Origin: a virus
Direction: 5' to 3' (one strand)
DNA length: 41,273 nt
Virus record (IMG/VR): IMGVR_UViG_3300028584_000124
Location: 1 to 41,273 of that record
Shown: piece by piece, positions 15,525 to 24,010 of the stretch
Numbering within the stretch: position 1 is the first letter of the stretch
Layout of the letters: each line of letters starts with the position of its first letter
Made by a program: the position numbers and the translations under genes
The notes under the pieces: model-generated
Told to the model about the DNA's origin: nothing
Databases searched by the model: none
What the model saw: the letters and a program-made list of their open reading frames with translations, nothing else

Positions 15525-17053
15525 TGGCGGCCCCCGTCCGCAGTGACGGCCCCATCGCCGCCCGATACCTGAAGTTCTCCATCGCCCGCGCCGAGTACAT
15601 CGAGCGTGGCCGAGACTGCGCCGCCCTGACCATCCCCAGTCTCTTCCCAAGAGAGACAACGAAGGGCGCGAAGATCATCACCCCGTACTCCGGGTTCGGC
15701 GCTCGCGGGGTGAACAACCTCGGGGCCAAGCTGATGATGGCCCTCTTCCCGAGCAACCTCCCGTTCTTCCGCCTGGTCGTCGATGAGTTCGCTCTCGAAG
15801 AACTGGGCGCAGCCAAGGGAGATGCCGAGAAGGCCCTCTCTAAGATCGAGCGATCGGTAGCCACTGACGTCGAGACGACCTTCATACGCGTCCCGCTGTT
15901 TGAGGCCCTCAAGCACCTGATCGTGGTCGGCAACGTCCTATTCTACCGCGACCCCAAGACGGGCCGTGGCAGGGCGATCCCCCTCACCTCGTACATCGTC
16001 CGCCGTGACCCCATGGGTAACGTACTGGAGATCATTGTACGTGAGGAGATCGCCAATGTTCTTCTCCCTACCGCCGCCTTGGCGTTGCTAGCAGGGAAGG
16101 AAGGCGGGGACGATGACACCGAAGAGATGGTTCCCATCTTCACCCGCATCCTCCGCGAGAAGAACCGCTGGGCCGTCACACAGGAAGCTGCTGGCGTGGC
16201 CATCGAGAGTGCTGCAGGGGGCTATCCCCTAGACCAGTGCCCGTGGCTCCCGCTGCGCATGATCCTCGTGGATGGTGAGGACTACGGTCGGTCGTTCGTT
16301 GAGGAGCACTACGGTGACCTCAACAGCAACGAGAAGCTGACCAAGGCCATCATCCAGTTCTCGGCCGCCGCCGCCAAGATCGTCTTCCTCGTGAAGCCCA
16401 ACTCCACGACCAAGCCCGCTGCCCTCGCAAAGGCCAACAGTGGTGACTTCGTGACGGGCAGCGAGGCGGACATCGCGGCCCTCGGCATCGACAAGTTCGC
16501 TGACTTCCAAGTCGCGTCCGCCACCTCCGAACGCATCGAGACCCGCCTCGGCTACGTCTTCCTCCTCAACTCCGCCATCCAGCGGAACGGGGACCGGGTG
16601 ACCGCCGAGGAAATACGCCGCGTGGCCCAGGAGCTGGACACCGGACTTGGTGGCGTCCACGCGCTGCTCGCCCAAGAGCTTCAGCTGCCTCTCGTCTCCA
16701 ACATCATGGCGACCAAGGCGAAGAAGCGCGAGCTGCCCGCCCTGCCGAAGGGCCTGGTCAAGCCCGTGGTCGTTACCGGCATCGAAGCGCTGGGTCGCGG
16801 CACCGATCTCGACAACCTCATGACCGCCATAAACGCGCTCGCCACAGTCCCCAACGCTCTCCAGCGTATCAAAGGCGGCGAGTTCGGGAAGCGGGTCTTC
16901 GCCGCTGTCCAGCAATCATCCGACGGCCTCTTCATGACCGATGAGGAAGTCGCGCAGGAACAGCAAGCCGCCGCCGCAGCCCAAATGGCCCAGGCAGCAA
17001 CACCCGCCGTGGCCAAAGCCGCAGCGGAAGGAACCATGGAACCCCCCGCATGA
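15524..17053 (+). CDS. portal (head-tail connector) protein, T7 gp8-like
   Basis: CAALTIPSLFP, GARGVNNLGAKLMMALFP, PLFEALKHLIVVGNVLFY, DGEDYGRSFVEE, SGDFVTGS, RVTAEEIRRVAQELDTGLGGVHALLAQELQLPLV and TGIEALGRG all parallel T7 gp8. Confidence 0.96.
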   Translation: MAAPVRSDGPIAARYLKFSIARAEYIERGRDCAALTIPSLFPRETTKGAKIITPYSGFGARGVNNLGAKLMMALFPSNLPFFRLVVDEFALEELGAAKGDAEKALSKIERSVATDVETTFIRVPLFEALKHLIVVGNVLFYRDPKTGRGRAIPLTSYIVRRDPMGNVLEIIVREEIANVLLPTAALALLAGKEGGDDDTEEMVPIFTRILREKNRWAVTQEAAGVAIESAAGGYPLDQCPWLPLRMILVDGEDYGRSFVEEHYGDLNSNEKLTKAIIQFSAAAAKIVFLVKPNSTTKPAALAKANSGDFVTGSEADIAALGIDKFADFQVASATSERIETRLGYVFLLNSAIQRNGDRVTAEEIRRVAQELDTGLGGVHALLAQELQLPLVSNIMATKAKKRELPALPKGLVKPVVVTGIEALGRGTDLDNLMTAINALATVPNALQRIKGGEFGKRVFAAVQQSSDGLFMTDEEVAQEQQAAAAAQMAQAATPAVAKAAAEGTMEPPA

Positions 17054-17358
17054 CCACCGAACCCACCGAGACCATCCAGTTCCCCGAAGTTCAACCGGAA
17101 GCCAACGCCGTTGGTCTTGACGCTGTTCCGCAGGTGGACACTGAAGTCGCCCCCGTCGAGGCGGCCCCCGCCCCGTTGACGCTGCCGAGGCGCACCCGCG
17201 CCCCTTCGGCCCCCAAGCCTGTCGTCGAACAGGAAGGCACCCGCACCGAGACCGACAACGAGCCGGTCCAGGGTGACTACGAGGAGGCCCTCGCGCCCTT
17301 CGCCGTCACGGACAGCCTCCTGCCGTCGGGCACCAAGATCACCATGGTGCAATACTAG
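17050..17358 (+). CDS. hypothetical acidic/Pro-rich protein
   Basis: ATGA overlap with the portal stop. Low-complexity, probably disordered sequence. Confidence 0.45.
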   Translation: MTTEPTETIQFPEVQPEANAVGLDAVPQVDTEVAPVEAAPAPLTLPRRTRAPSAPKPVVEQEGTRTETDNEPVQGDYEEALAPFAVTDSLLPSGTKITMVQY

Positions 17359-18201
17359 ATGGCTGATCCCGTCATCGAAGCCGCCTCGGCTGATCCTGCC
17401 GTCCTGGCCGCTATCGCCGATGCCGACGCCCGCGCTGCAGGTACGGCTGACGAGAACGGTGTCGCCAAGCCCCCGGTCCCCGCAGCTGACGAGAAGCCCG
17501 ACTGGGTGGAAGACAAGTTCTGGGACGCCGAGAAGAAGACGGTGAACACCGAGGCCCTCGCCGCGAGCTACGCCGCACTTCAGGCCAAGCTCTCTGGCAA
17601 GGCCGATGAACCTGTCGTCGATCCGGCGGTGGAACCCAAGGTCGAAGGTGAGCAGGATATTGCTCCCGTCGCCAAGGCTCTGGCCGACGCTGGCATGGAC
17701 TTCGACGCCATCAACGCCGAGTACCAAGCCGACGGCGACATCAAGCCCGAGACCCGCGCCAAGCTGGAAGCTGCCTTCGGTAAGCCGATGGTGGACAACT
17801 ACTTCGCCGGTCTCGCCAGCCAGGAAGCCGCAGCCTCGGCCGAGTACGCCAAGACGATCCACGATGCTGTCGGCGGTGCTGACAAGTACGCGGAGATGCT
17901 GGCCTGGGCGGGCGAGAACCTGTCCCCGGCGGATGCCGCCACCTACGACCGCATTGCCACTGGCGGAGACGCCGCTGCTGCCGCTCTGGCCGCCTCGGGT
18001 CTCTACGCCAAGTTCAACGCGGCCGGTGGCGTCGCTCCTGCCCTGCTGGAAGGCAAGCCCCCCGCTTCAAACAGCCAAGGCTACGCCACCTTGCAGGATA
18101 TGACGAACGACATGAAGGACGCCCGCTACCAGCGTGACGCTGCCTTCCGAGCCGGTGTGGATCGCAAGATCGCCGCCAGCTCCGGTCTCGGCTCTCGCTA
18201 G
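17359..18201 (+). CDS. scaffolding protein (T7 gp9 position and composition)
   Basis: 280 aa, Ala/Asp/Glu-rich helical protein immediately after the portal region. The call rests on position and composition only. Confidence 0.6.
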   Translation: MADPVIEAASADPAVLAAIADADARAAGTADENGVAKPPVPAADEKPDWVEDKFWDAEKKTVNTEALAASYAALQAKLSGKADEPVVDPAVEPKVEGEQDIAPVAKALADAGMDFDAINAEYQADGDIKPETRAKLEAAFGKPMVDNYFAGLASQEAAASAEYAKTIHDAVGGADKYAEMLAWAGENLSPADAATYDRIATGGDAAAAALAASGLYAKFNAAGGVAPALLEGKPPASNSQGYATLQDMTNDMKDARYQRDAAFRAGVDRKIAASSGLGSR

Positions 18202-18202
18202 G

Positions 18203-18457
18203 ATGACCTTGGCCGACGCCATCGACAAGGTCGGCCGGGCTCTCAGGCAGGTGATGACGGGGGCGGACAACAAGACCTTGGCCATTGGCCGGGTGATGTC
18301 CGTCCCCTACCTCGCCGCCACCCTCGCCATCCCCTTCATCCTCATTCATGTGGGCCGGGAGTTCTCCCTCACCGACGCGGGCATCTACATCACCGCAGCA
18401 GCTGGGGGGTTCATGGCCCTGGTCCGAGGCACAGACGCCACGGAGCCTGACCCGTAA
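18203..18457 (+). CDS. two-TM membrane protein (holin candidate)
   Basis: Hydrophobic segments are VMSVPYLAATLAIPFILI and GIYITAAAGGFMALV. It lies directly upstream of the spanin pair with a TAATG overlap. Confidence 0.55.
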   Translation: MTLADAIDKVGRALRQVMTGADNKTLAIGRVMSVPYLAATLAIPFILIHVGREFSLTDAGIYITAAAGGFMALVRGTDATEPDP

Positions 18458-18819
18458 TGCTCAAGTACCTGTATGCGGGGCTCCTCGCCCTGGCGCTGTT
18501 CTTCTTTGGCATGTTCATCGACCAGCGCGCCAAGAACGACCGGCTGCGCGAGGAGCTGGCCGCAGTCCACACCTCTCTCGTCACCTCCCAGGCCCAGGCC
18601 GCGTTCAACGAGCGCCTCGCAACTGCTGTGCTCGCCATGGCCCGCCGCGAGAACGTCATCACCCTCCAGACCAAGGACTATGCCGATGCCGTCGCTCAAG
18701 CTGAAGGCGGGTCTTCCGAGGTCCCTGTTGATGTCACTGGCCGCTGGGCTGCTGGTGTTGACGGGATGCGCCTCGAAGCAGCTACCGCCCACACCGGGTC
18801 TCCTGCTGATCCAGATTGA
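18457..18819 (+). CDS. i-spanin (Rz-like)
   Basis: N-terminal TM LLALALFFFGMFI followed by a charged helical periplasmic domain. An o-spanin frame overlaps its 3' part. Confidence 0.7.
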   Translation: MLKYLYAGLLALALFFFGMFIDQRAKNDRLREELAAVHTSLVTSQAQAAFNERLATAVLAMARRENVITLQTKDYADAVAQAEGGSSEVPVDVTGRWAAGVDGMRLEAATAHTGSPADPD

Positions 18820-19033
18820 TCCAAGCCTGAGGGAGCGCTGCCCGCGCCCCACCAGGCCCACTGACAGCCCACTCCCGGTGGGACTACTCGCCGCCTTCTC
18901 CGTCAAACAGGAGGGGGCACTCTCGGTCTGCGAGGGCCGCAAGGACACTGCTGTCCGCGCCATCGAAGACCACAACGCCGCAGTCATGAAGCTCTCCAAG
19001 GACCTCCGCAAGAAGGTCTGGTGGAAGCTCTGA
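18686..19033 (+). CDS. o-spanin (Rz1-like outer-membrane lipoprotein), overlapped architecture
   Basis: It lies in the +1 frame relative to the i-spanin. Signal plus lipobox SLLMSLAAGLLVLTGC, with a Pro-rich mature N-terminus. Start candidates are 18680, 18686 and 18731. Confidence 0.65.
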   Translation: MPSLKLKAGLPRSLLMSLAAGLLVLTGCASKQLPPTPGLLLIQIDPSLRERCPRPTRPTDSPLPVGLLAAFSVKQEGALSVCEGRKDTAVRAIEDHNAAVMKLSKDLRKKVWWKL

Positions 19034-19042
19034 GGTTTCCCC

Positions 19043-19546
19043 ATGCCTAGTGCAGTTTTCCAAGGCGTTGTTGGCCAGAGCGCCTTCAAGATGCCCTTCC
19101 CTGTAACCCCCGCCACCCCGGTGACCGTCTATGTTGACGGGGTCCTGGCATCCCACACGATCAAGGACGTTGACGTCACCCTGACCACGCCCCTGGCCGC
19201 TGCCGCAGTGGTGGAAGTCCGTGGCGGCTTCGTGGATGAAGTCCCCACCGTCCGCCCTCTCGCCGAGAACCTGACGCTCACCGCCGGTACAGGAACTGTC
19301 GCCGCCGAAGAGGTGACCGGCGGTTCTCTGCTGGTGACCATCACGGCCACTGCCTGGAACTCCGCGTCGATCAAGGTCCAGTACCGCACCAAGTCCGGCA
19401 TCTGGTTGGACGCCATGACCGCTGCCGGTGTCACTGCGAGCCTCACGGCGGACGGCACCACCAACGTTGTCGTCGGGTCCATCTCCGCGCTGCGGTTGCT
19501 GGCGACCGGCGGCAATCCGGCAGGTGTCACTGCGTGGGTCAGCTAG
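19043..19546 (+). CDS. tail-fibre N-terminal (gp17 adaptor-like) protein
   Basis: SAFKMPFPVTPATPVTVYVDGV resembles the T7 gp17 N-terminus DFNIPFEYLARKFVVVTLIGV. The rest is beta-rich T/V/A sequence. Only 167 aa. Confidence 0.45.
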   Translation: MPSAVFQGVVGQSAFKMPFPVTPATPVTVYVDGVLASHTIKDVDVTLTTPLAAAAVVEVRGGFVDEVPTVRPLAENLTLTAGTGTVAAEEVTGGSLLVTITATAWNSASIKVQYRTKSGIWLDAMTAAGVTASLTADGTTNVVVGSISALRLLATGGNPAGVTAWVS

Positions 19547-19717
19547 ATGCCGCTCCCTAAATCATTCGGCTTGGCACGCGGCTGGGCCATGGCGGGGGGC
19601 GGCCTATCCGCTGTCCCCCAGAACACGGGTGGGGGGGCTGGTTCTCTGATCCTGCGGAACGGATCGGCGCTCATCTTGCGCAACGGCACACCCTACCAAT
19701 TGAGGAGCGCAGCATGA
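19547..19717 (+). CDS. hypothetical small protein with duplicated LILRNG motif
   Basis: ATG abuts the upstream TAG, and its TGA overlaps the next ATG (ATGA). It contains SLILRNGSALILRNG. Codon usage matches the following gene. Below the ORF-track cutoff. Confidence 0.4.
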   Translation: MPLPKSFGLARGWAMAGGGLSAVPQNTGGGAGSLILRNGSALILRNGTPYQLRSAA

Positions 19718-21018
19718 CCCGCGCCACCGACATCTCGCCATTCTCAGATGACGCGGCCGACCTGCGCCGCTTGGTCGGATCGAAGACACCGCGCTTTGCG
19801 TCGAACAAGAACGGCCCGCCGGGCGGCCTGAACTCGGGAACGAACAAGACGAGCAATGCGGTCACGGGGGACGCGACAACTATCCGTCGAACCTTCCGGC
19901 TTCCGTCAGATCGCACCTTGGGCGACTTCCAGTGGAAGTTCTCGAACTGGCGTTTGTCGCCCACTGAGACGGCCGGAGATAATGACCTGACGATCGTTAA
20001 GGTCGCTCTCGACTACGCAGGCACCATTTATCCGATCTTCTTCAACGGAAAGCGGTCGGTCACCATCGAGCCCAACGGTGAAGTGCTGAGCGACCCGATT
20101 TCTCCGCGTATCCCGCCTGGCGCGACAGTCTCCCTGCGCTACCGCCCCACCGTGCCTACCGGTGGGACCATGCCCACCGGGCGCGGGACGAATATTAGCG
20201 TTGGCGATCTTTGGAACGGCAAGGATGGGCCTGACATCGTCGATGCGACCGGAACGAGCGGCTTTCTCGCGGACAGCACGTATTTTGCGTATGGCCCTTC
20301 GGCGATGCTGGCGACGGAGAAGACTGGATCGAAGCCGACCGTACTGATTGTGGGCGACAGCATCGGGGCTGGCCAGGGTGAGACGACCCTGACTGCTGAT
20401 GGCGACATCGGCTTTATCGAACGAGGCCTGGCAGGCCGTTATCCGTGGGGCGCTATTGCGCGCGGAAATCAGTCCTTCATCACGATCGCCAATAATCCAT
20501 CAAAGCAAATGACCTATGCTCGTTTCGCTACGAGTGCGCTTTCGAATTTGGGGATCAACGACTTCTACAATCCCGGTATCGCTACGTCAGACAGCCCGAA
20601 CCTAGACGTGGTACAGGCGCGTGCGCTGGCGCTCTGGACGCAACTTGCCGAGGCGGGTCTTCGAGTTCATCAAACCACCCTGACCCCAGTCACAACGAGC
20701 ACTGACGCGTGGGCGACGACGACCAATCAGACGATCTACTGGCCCAACCAAAACGCCAAGCGCGTGAACTTCAACGATTGGCTGCGGACGGGCGCGCCGA
20801 TCATCGCCGGGGTTGCCGTCGCTGTTGGCACGTCCGGAGCGCTTCTGGCTGGCCAATATGGTCACCCACTCGCGGGCTATATCGAGATCGCTGATACCGT
20901 CGAGAGCGCCCGGAACTCTGGGCTTTGGGCGGCGGGCCTGACCGGCGATGGAACGCACCCAAAGTCGGCAGGGCATCTGCTGATGTCAGCTCCAGTCGCC
21001 GCCTATTCGTTCGAATAG
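19714..21018 (+). CDS. SGNH/GDSL hydrolase-domain protein (probable tail-associated polysaccharide esterase)
   Basis: AGGAG RBS. Block I LIVGDSIGAG, block III GINDF, block V DGTHPKSAGH. The N-terminal ~190 aa are non-catalytic and beta-rich. GC3 is visibly lower than in neighbours. Confidence 0.8.
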   Translation: MTRATDISPFSDDAADLRRLVGSKTPRFASNKNGPPGGLNSGTNKTSNAVTGDATTIRRTFRLPSDRTLGDFQWKFSNWRLSPTETAGDNDLTIVKVALDYAGTIYPIFFNGKRSVTIEPNGEVLSDPISPRIPPGATVSLRYRPTVPTGGTMPTGRGTNISVGDLWNGKDGPDIVDATGTSGFLADSTYFAYGPSAMLATEKTGSKPTVLIVGDSIGAGQGETTLTADGDIGFIERGLAGRYPWGAIARGNQSFITIANNPSKQMTYARFATSALSNLGINDFYNPGIATSDSPNLDVVQARALALWTQLAEAGLRVHQTTLTPVTTSTDAWATTTNQTIYWPNQNAKRVNFNDWLRTGAPIIAGVAVAVGTSGALLAGQYGHPLAGYIEIADTVESARNSGLWAAGLTGDGTHPKSAGHLLMSAPVAAYSFE

Positions 21019-21051
21019 ACCCCCACACCCGTACTCAAAATGACTACCCCA

Positions 21052-21083
21052 GAGGCCACTAGCAGACCACCGCTAGTGGCCTC
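21052..21083 (+). other. perfect 12-bp stem-loop without T tract
   Basis: GAGGCCACTAGC (21052..21063), loop AGACCACC, GCTAGTGGCCTC (21072..21083). Confidence 0.8.
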
Positions 21084-21182
21084 CCTGCGCCCATGCAGCC
21101 CGACTACCGGGACGCCATAGCGGCATCGCAAAGGGCAACACCATGACCACCCACAGCTGCCAGCTGCGAGGAGCAATCCCGC

Positions 21183-22178
21183 ATGGCCGATAAGTACATC
21201 ACAGACCTGGCATCGGCCACGGCCCTAGCGCCCACCGATGTCATGCTGGTCTCCCAAGGCAGCGCCACACCGAAGCGGGCGGCCCTCTCCCTCATCAAGA
21301 GCGCGCTGTTCGCCACGGGGTCCTTCACCCGCCAGCTGCTGGACGCCGGGTCCATCGCGAACGTCCGCACCCTGCTGGGTCTCGATGCGGTTCCCGGCGC
21401 AGCCTCCATGTCCAAGGGCCACATCTTCGGCCTCACCCTCTCGGTGAACACCGCCGCCCCCCTCTGGGCCATCAACGTCGAGGCTGGCCAGTGCCGGGAT
21501 AGCTCGGACACCTACGATCTCCGCCTGAACAGCGGCATGATCAAGGACCTGTCCACGATCTGGACCCCCGGAAGTGGCAGCGGCGGGCGGGACACGGGTG
21601 GCTCCGTGGTAGCGAACACCAGCTACCACGTCTTCCTCATCCGCAAGTCGTCGGACGGTAGCCTGGACATCCTCTTCTCCACGTCCGCGCTCGGGCCGCT
21701 GATGCCTTCCGGTTACGCCGCCCTCCGCCGCCTCGGCGCGGTCATGACGGACGCCACGGGGTACATCCGCAAGTTCACCCAGCACGGCAACTTCTTCCAG
21801 CTCGCAGACCGCACCGCTGACTACGCGGGTGTTGCCAACGGCGCTGGGCCGTACCTCCGCCAGATCGCCGTTCCGCGTGGCATCCCCATGCTGGCGCGTG
21901 TCTACCTTCAGAGCCAGGGCGGGCCTGGCGTGGTAACGACCTTCAGCGGTGTCTACGATCCTGCTCTGGGCGTCCCGCAGCTGGTCACGAACAAGCGGGC
22001 ACAAATCCGCCGCAACATCTTCAAGGACCAAGCCAGCGCCGACGCCAGCTATGGCATCTTCGACGGAGACGTCTGGACCGACAGCAACGCCCAGGTATAC
22101 ACGCACTCGGACAACACGGGCGACATCATCGCGCTGGGCACCTACGGGTGGACCGACGACCGGGGCCAGTTCCTGTGA
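21183..22178 (+). CDS. tail fibre / receptor-binding protein
   Basis: GAGGAG RBS. The N-terminus ITDLASATALAPTDVMLVSQGSATPKRA is the common phage fibre opening (I.DL..A..L...D...V.Q.G...K). Confidence 0.65.
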   Translation: MADKYITDLASATALAPTDVMLVSQGSATPKRAALSLIKSALFATGSFTRQLLDAGSIANVRTLLGLDAVPGAASMSKGHIFGLTLSVNTAAPLWAINVEAGQCRDSSDTYDLRLNSGMIKDLSTIWTPGSGSGGRDTGGSVVANTSYHVFLIRKSSDGSLDILFSTSALGPLMPSGYAALRRLGAVMTDATGYIRKFTQHGNFFQLADRTADYAGVANGAGPYLRQIAVPRGIPMLARVYLQSQGGPGVVTTFSGVYDPALGVPQLVTNKRAQIRRNIFKDQASADASYGIFDGDVWTDSNAQVYTHSDNTGDIIALGTYGWTDDRGQFL

Positions 22179-22744
22179 TCCGCGCTCCGGTGACTATCGC
22201 CGGGTTCGGCACTTCGCTGATGACCGGCCGTCTCTCAACGAGCCACCTAGTGCGCCTTCAGAGCAATCTGCGGGCCGTCGCCTCCAGGCCTGTGGTCGTT
22301 TACGACGTGGGCCAGGGCGGGATGACGTCGGCCTGGGGGCGAGCCAACATCTTCAGAGCCACACAGCACCGGCCCAACATCTGCCTCTTCGAGGGCTTCT
22401 CGATCAATGATGCGGTGACGTCCTTCTCGGTGTCCCGCGCGCAGTCGCTCGACAACAAGGCCGCCATCCTCGCGGACCTCCGCGCCTGTCGCGCCGACAT
22501 GAAAATCTTCCTTCTTACGATGAACGGCGTCCCGGACCCTACGCTCCGGCCAGACCTCGAAGCCTACTATCAAGATGACCGTGACTTCGCGGCTGCCAAT
22601 GGCCTGACCCTGCTCGACGTGCGGGCGGCCTGGGGCACTCCGACGCTCACTGACATGCCGGACAGGCTCCACCCGATCCAGGCCGCTGTGGACCGCGTAC
22701 TCCTGCCAATCACTACGGCAGCCTGTACACCGTTCGTCATCTAG
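22175..22744 (+). CDS. second SGNH-type hydrolase
   Basis: The GTG start overlaps the fibre TGA (GTGA). Block I IAGFGTSLMTG (GTS variant), block II GQGGMTS, block III EGFSINDA, block V PDRLHP. Confidence 0.65.
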   Translation: MIRAPVTIAGFGTSLMTGRLSTSHLVRLQSNLRAVASRPVVVYDVGQGGMTSAWGRANIFRATQHRPNICLFEGFSINDAVTSFSVSRAQSLDNKAAILADLRACRADMKIFLLTMNGVPDPTLRPDLEAYYQDDRDFAAANGLTLLDVRAAWGTPTLTDMPDRLHPIQAAVDRVLLPITTAACTPFVI

Positions 22745-23012
22745 CCACCCTCCGGGGACTAGGCCCGCTGGCTACGGGAAGACCCACTTAGCGTGGGGCA
22801 ACAGGTGGAAGCCCTGAGCCACACTCGCACTGACGCCTACGGGCAATCGCGGGTGGCCTCTCTACGGCCTTAACACCACATCGCCTTCCTCCACACGAGC
22901 CCTCAACCCTTTCGCGGATGCGTTAGGGGGCGGGAGAACTTGGACACGAGGCGGAGCGAGTGCGTGAGGGCAAGTCCTTCACCCAACACTCCTCAAGTCT
23001 GAAAGTAATACC

Positions 23013-23939
23013 ATGGCTGACAATACCCTGACCCGTCTTGGTCAACAGAACAACACTGGCCTGACCGACGCGCTGTTCCTCAAGGTCTACGGCGAAGTCC
23101 TCGCCGCCTTCCAGCGTACCACCAAGTTCATGGACCGAACCTTCACGCGCTCCATCGCCTCGGGTAAGTCCGCCCAGTTCCCGGTCATCGGCCGCGCTGC
23201 TGCTCGCTACCACACCGCTGGTACCGAGATCGCCGGCACGACCATCGCCCAGAACGAAAAGATCATCACCATCGACGGTCTGCTGATCTCGGACGTCTCC
23301 ATCGCGGAGATCGACGAAGTCATGAACCACTACGACGTGCGTTCGGAGTTCACCCGTCTGCTCGGCGAGGCCCTGGCCCAAGAGCTGGACCGCAACATCG
23401 CCCGCACCGGCCTCCTGGCTGCCCGCTCGGCGTCGTGGGGCGGCTCGATGCCTGGCGGTACGAAGCTGATCGTGGCCACCGCGAAGACTTCGGGTCTGGA
23501 CCTGGCTGGTGCCATCTTCGCCGGTAACACCCAGCTGGATGAGAACTTCTGCCCCGAGACCGACCGCTCGGCCTACGTGAAGCCCGTCCAATACGCGCTG
23601 CTGGTCCAAGAGACCAAGAACATCAACAAGGACTGGAACGCCAGCGGCTCCTACGCGGACGGCTCGGTCCAGAAGATCGACAGCACCGAGATCGTGAAGA
23701 CCACCTCGCTGCCTACGACCAACGTCACCGGCACCATCGGCAACAAGTACAACGTCGATGCGTCGGCGACCGCTGCCCTGCTCATGCACCGCTCGGCCGT
23801 CGGCACCGTCAAGTTGATGGACATGAAGCTCGGCGTCGAATGGTCGGAGCGCCGCCAGTCCACCCTGATGGTCGCGAAGAACGCGGTCGGCCATGGCATC
23901 CTCCGCCCTGAAGCCGCCGTCGAAATCGCCACGGCCTAA
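23013..23939 (+). CDS. major capsid protein, T7 gp10-like
   Basis: LFLKVYGEVLAAF, SGKSAQFPVIGR, EKIITIDGLLISDV, MNHYDVRSEFTRLLGEALA, MHRSAVGTVKL and GHGILRPEAA all parallel T7 gp10A. Confidence 0.96.
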   Translation: MADNTLTRLGQQNNTGLTDALFLKVYGEVLAAFQRTTKFMDRTFTRSIASGKSAQFPVIGRAAARYHTAGTEIAGTTIAQNEKIITIDGLLISDVSIAEIDEVMNHYDVRSEFTRLLGEALAQELDRNIARTGLLAARSASWGGSMPGGTKLIVATAKTSGLDLAGAIFAGNTQLDENFCPETDRSAYVKPVQYALLVQETKNINKDWNASGSYADGSVQKIDSTEIVKTTSLPTTNVTGTIGNKYNVDASATAALLMHRSAVGTVKLMDMKLGVEWSERRQSTLMVAKNAVGHGILRPEAAVEIATA

Positions 23940-23957
23940 CACCTAACAGCCACTTAA

Positions 23958-23995
23958 GGGGTCACTTCTCATCGCGAGAGGTGGCCCCTTTTTTT
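23958..23995 (+). terminator. strong rho-independent terminator after the capsid gene (T-phi position)
   Basis: A 13-bp stem GGGGTCACTTCTC / GAGAGGTGGCCCC (two G-U pairs), loop ATCGC, then seven T. Confidence 0.85.
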
Positions 23996-24010
23996 CGTCT
24001 GGAACCTCTC

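Noticed and set aside
22836-22866. A possible fifth motif B copy upstream of the capsid gene (CAATCGCGGGTGGCCTCTCTACGGCC).
   Set aside because: It aligns to AATTGAGTGGCATCTAYGC only with gaps and several mismatches. It is too degenerate to call from sequence alone.
22952-22970. The 12-mer AGCGAGTGCGTG shared between 22955 and 40341, and scattered CTTAGCGTGG-like words.
   Set aside because: Dozens of chance 12-mer repeats are expected in about 41 kb of biased composition. No positional pattern supports a function.
23900-23960. A programmed -1 frameshift at the end of the capsid gene, by analogy with T7 gp10A/10B.
   Set aside because: No slippery heptamer is visible near the stop. The downstream frames close quickly before the terminator hairpin.
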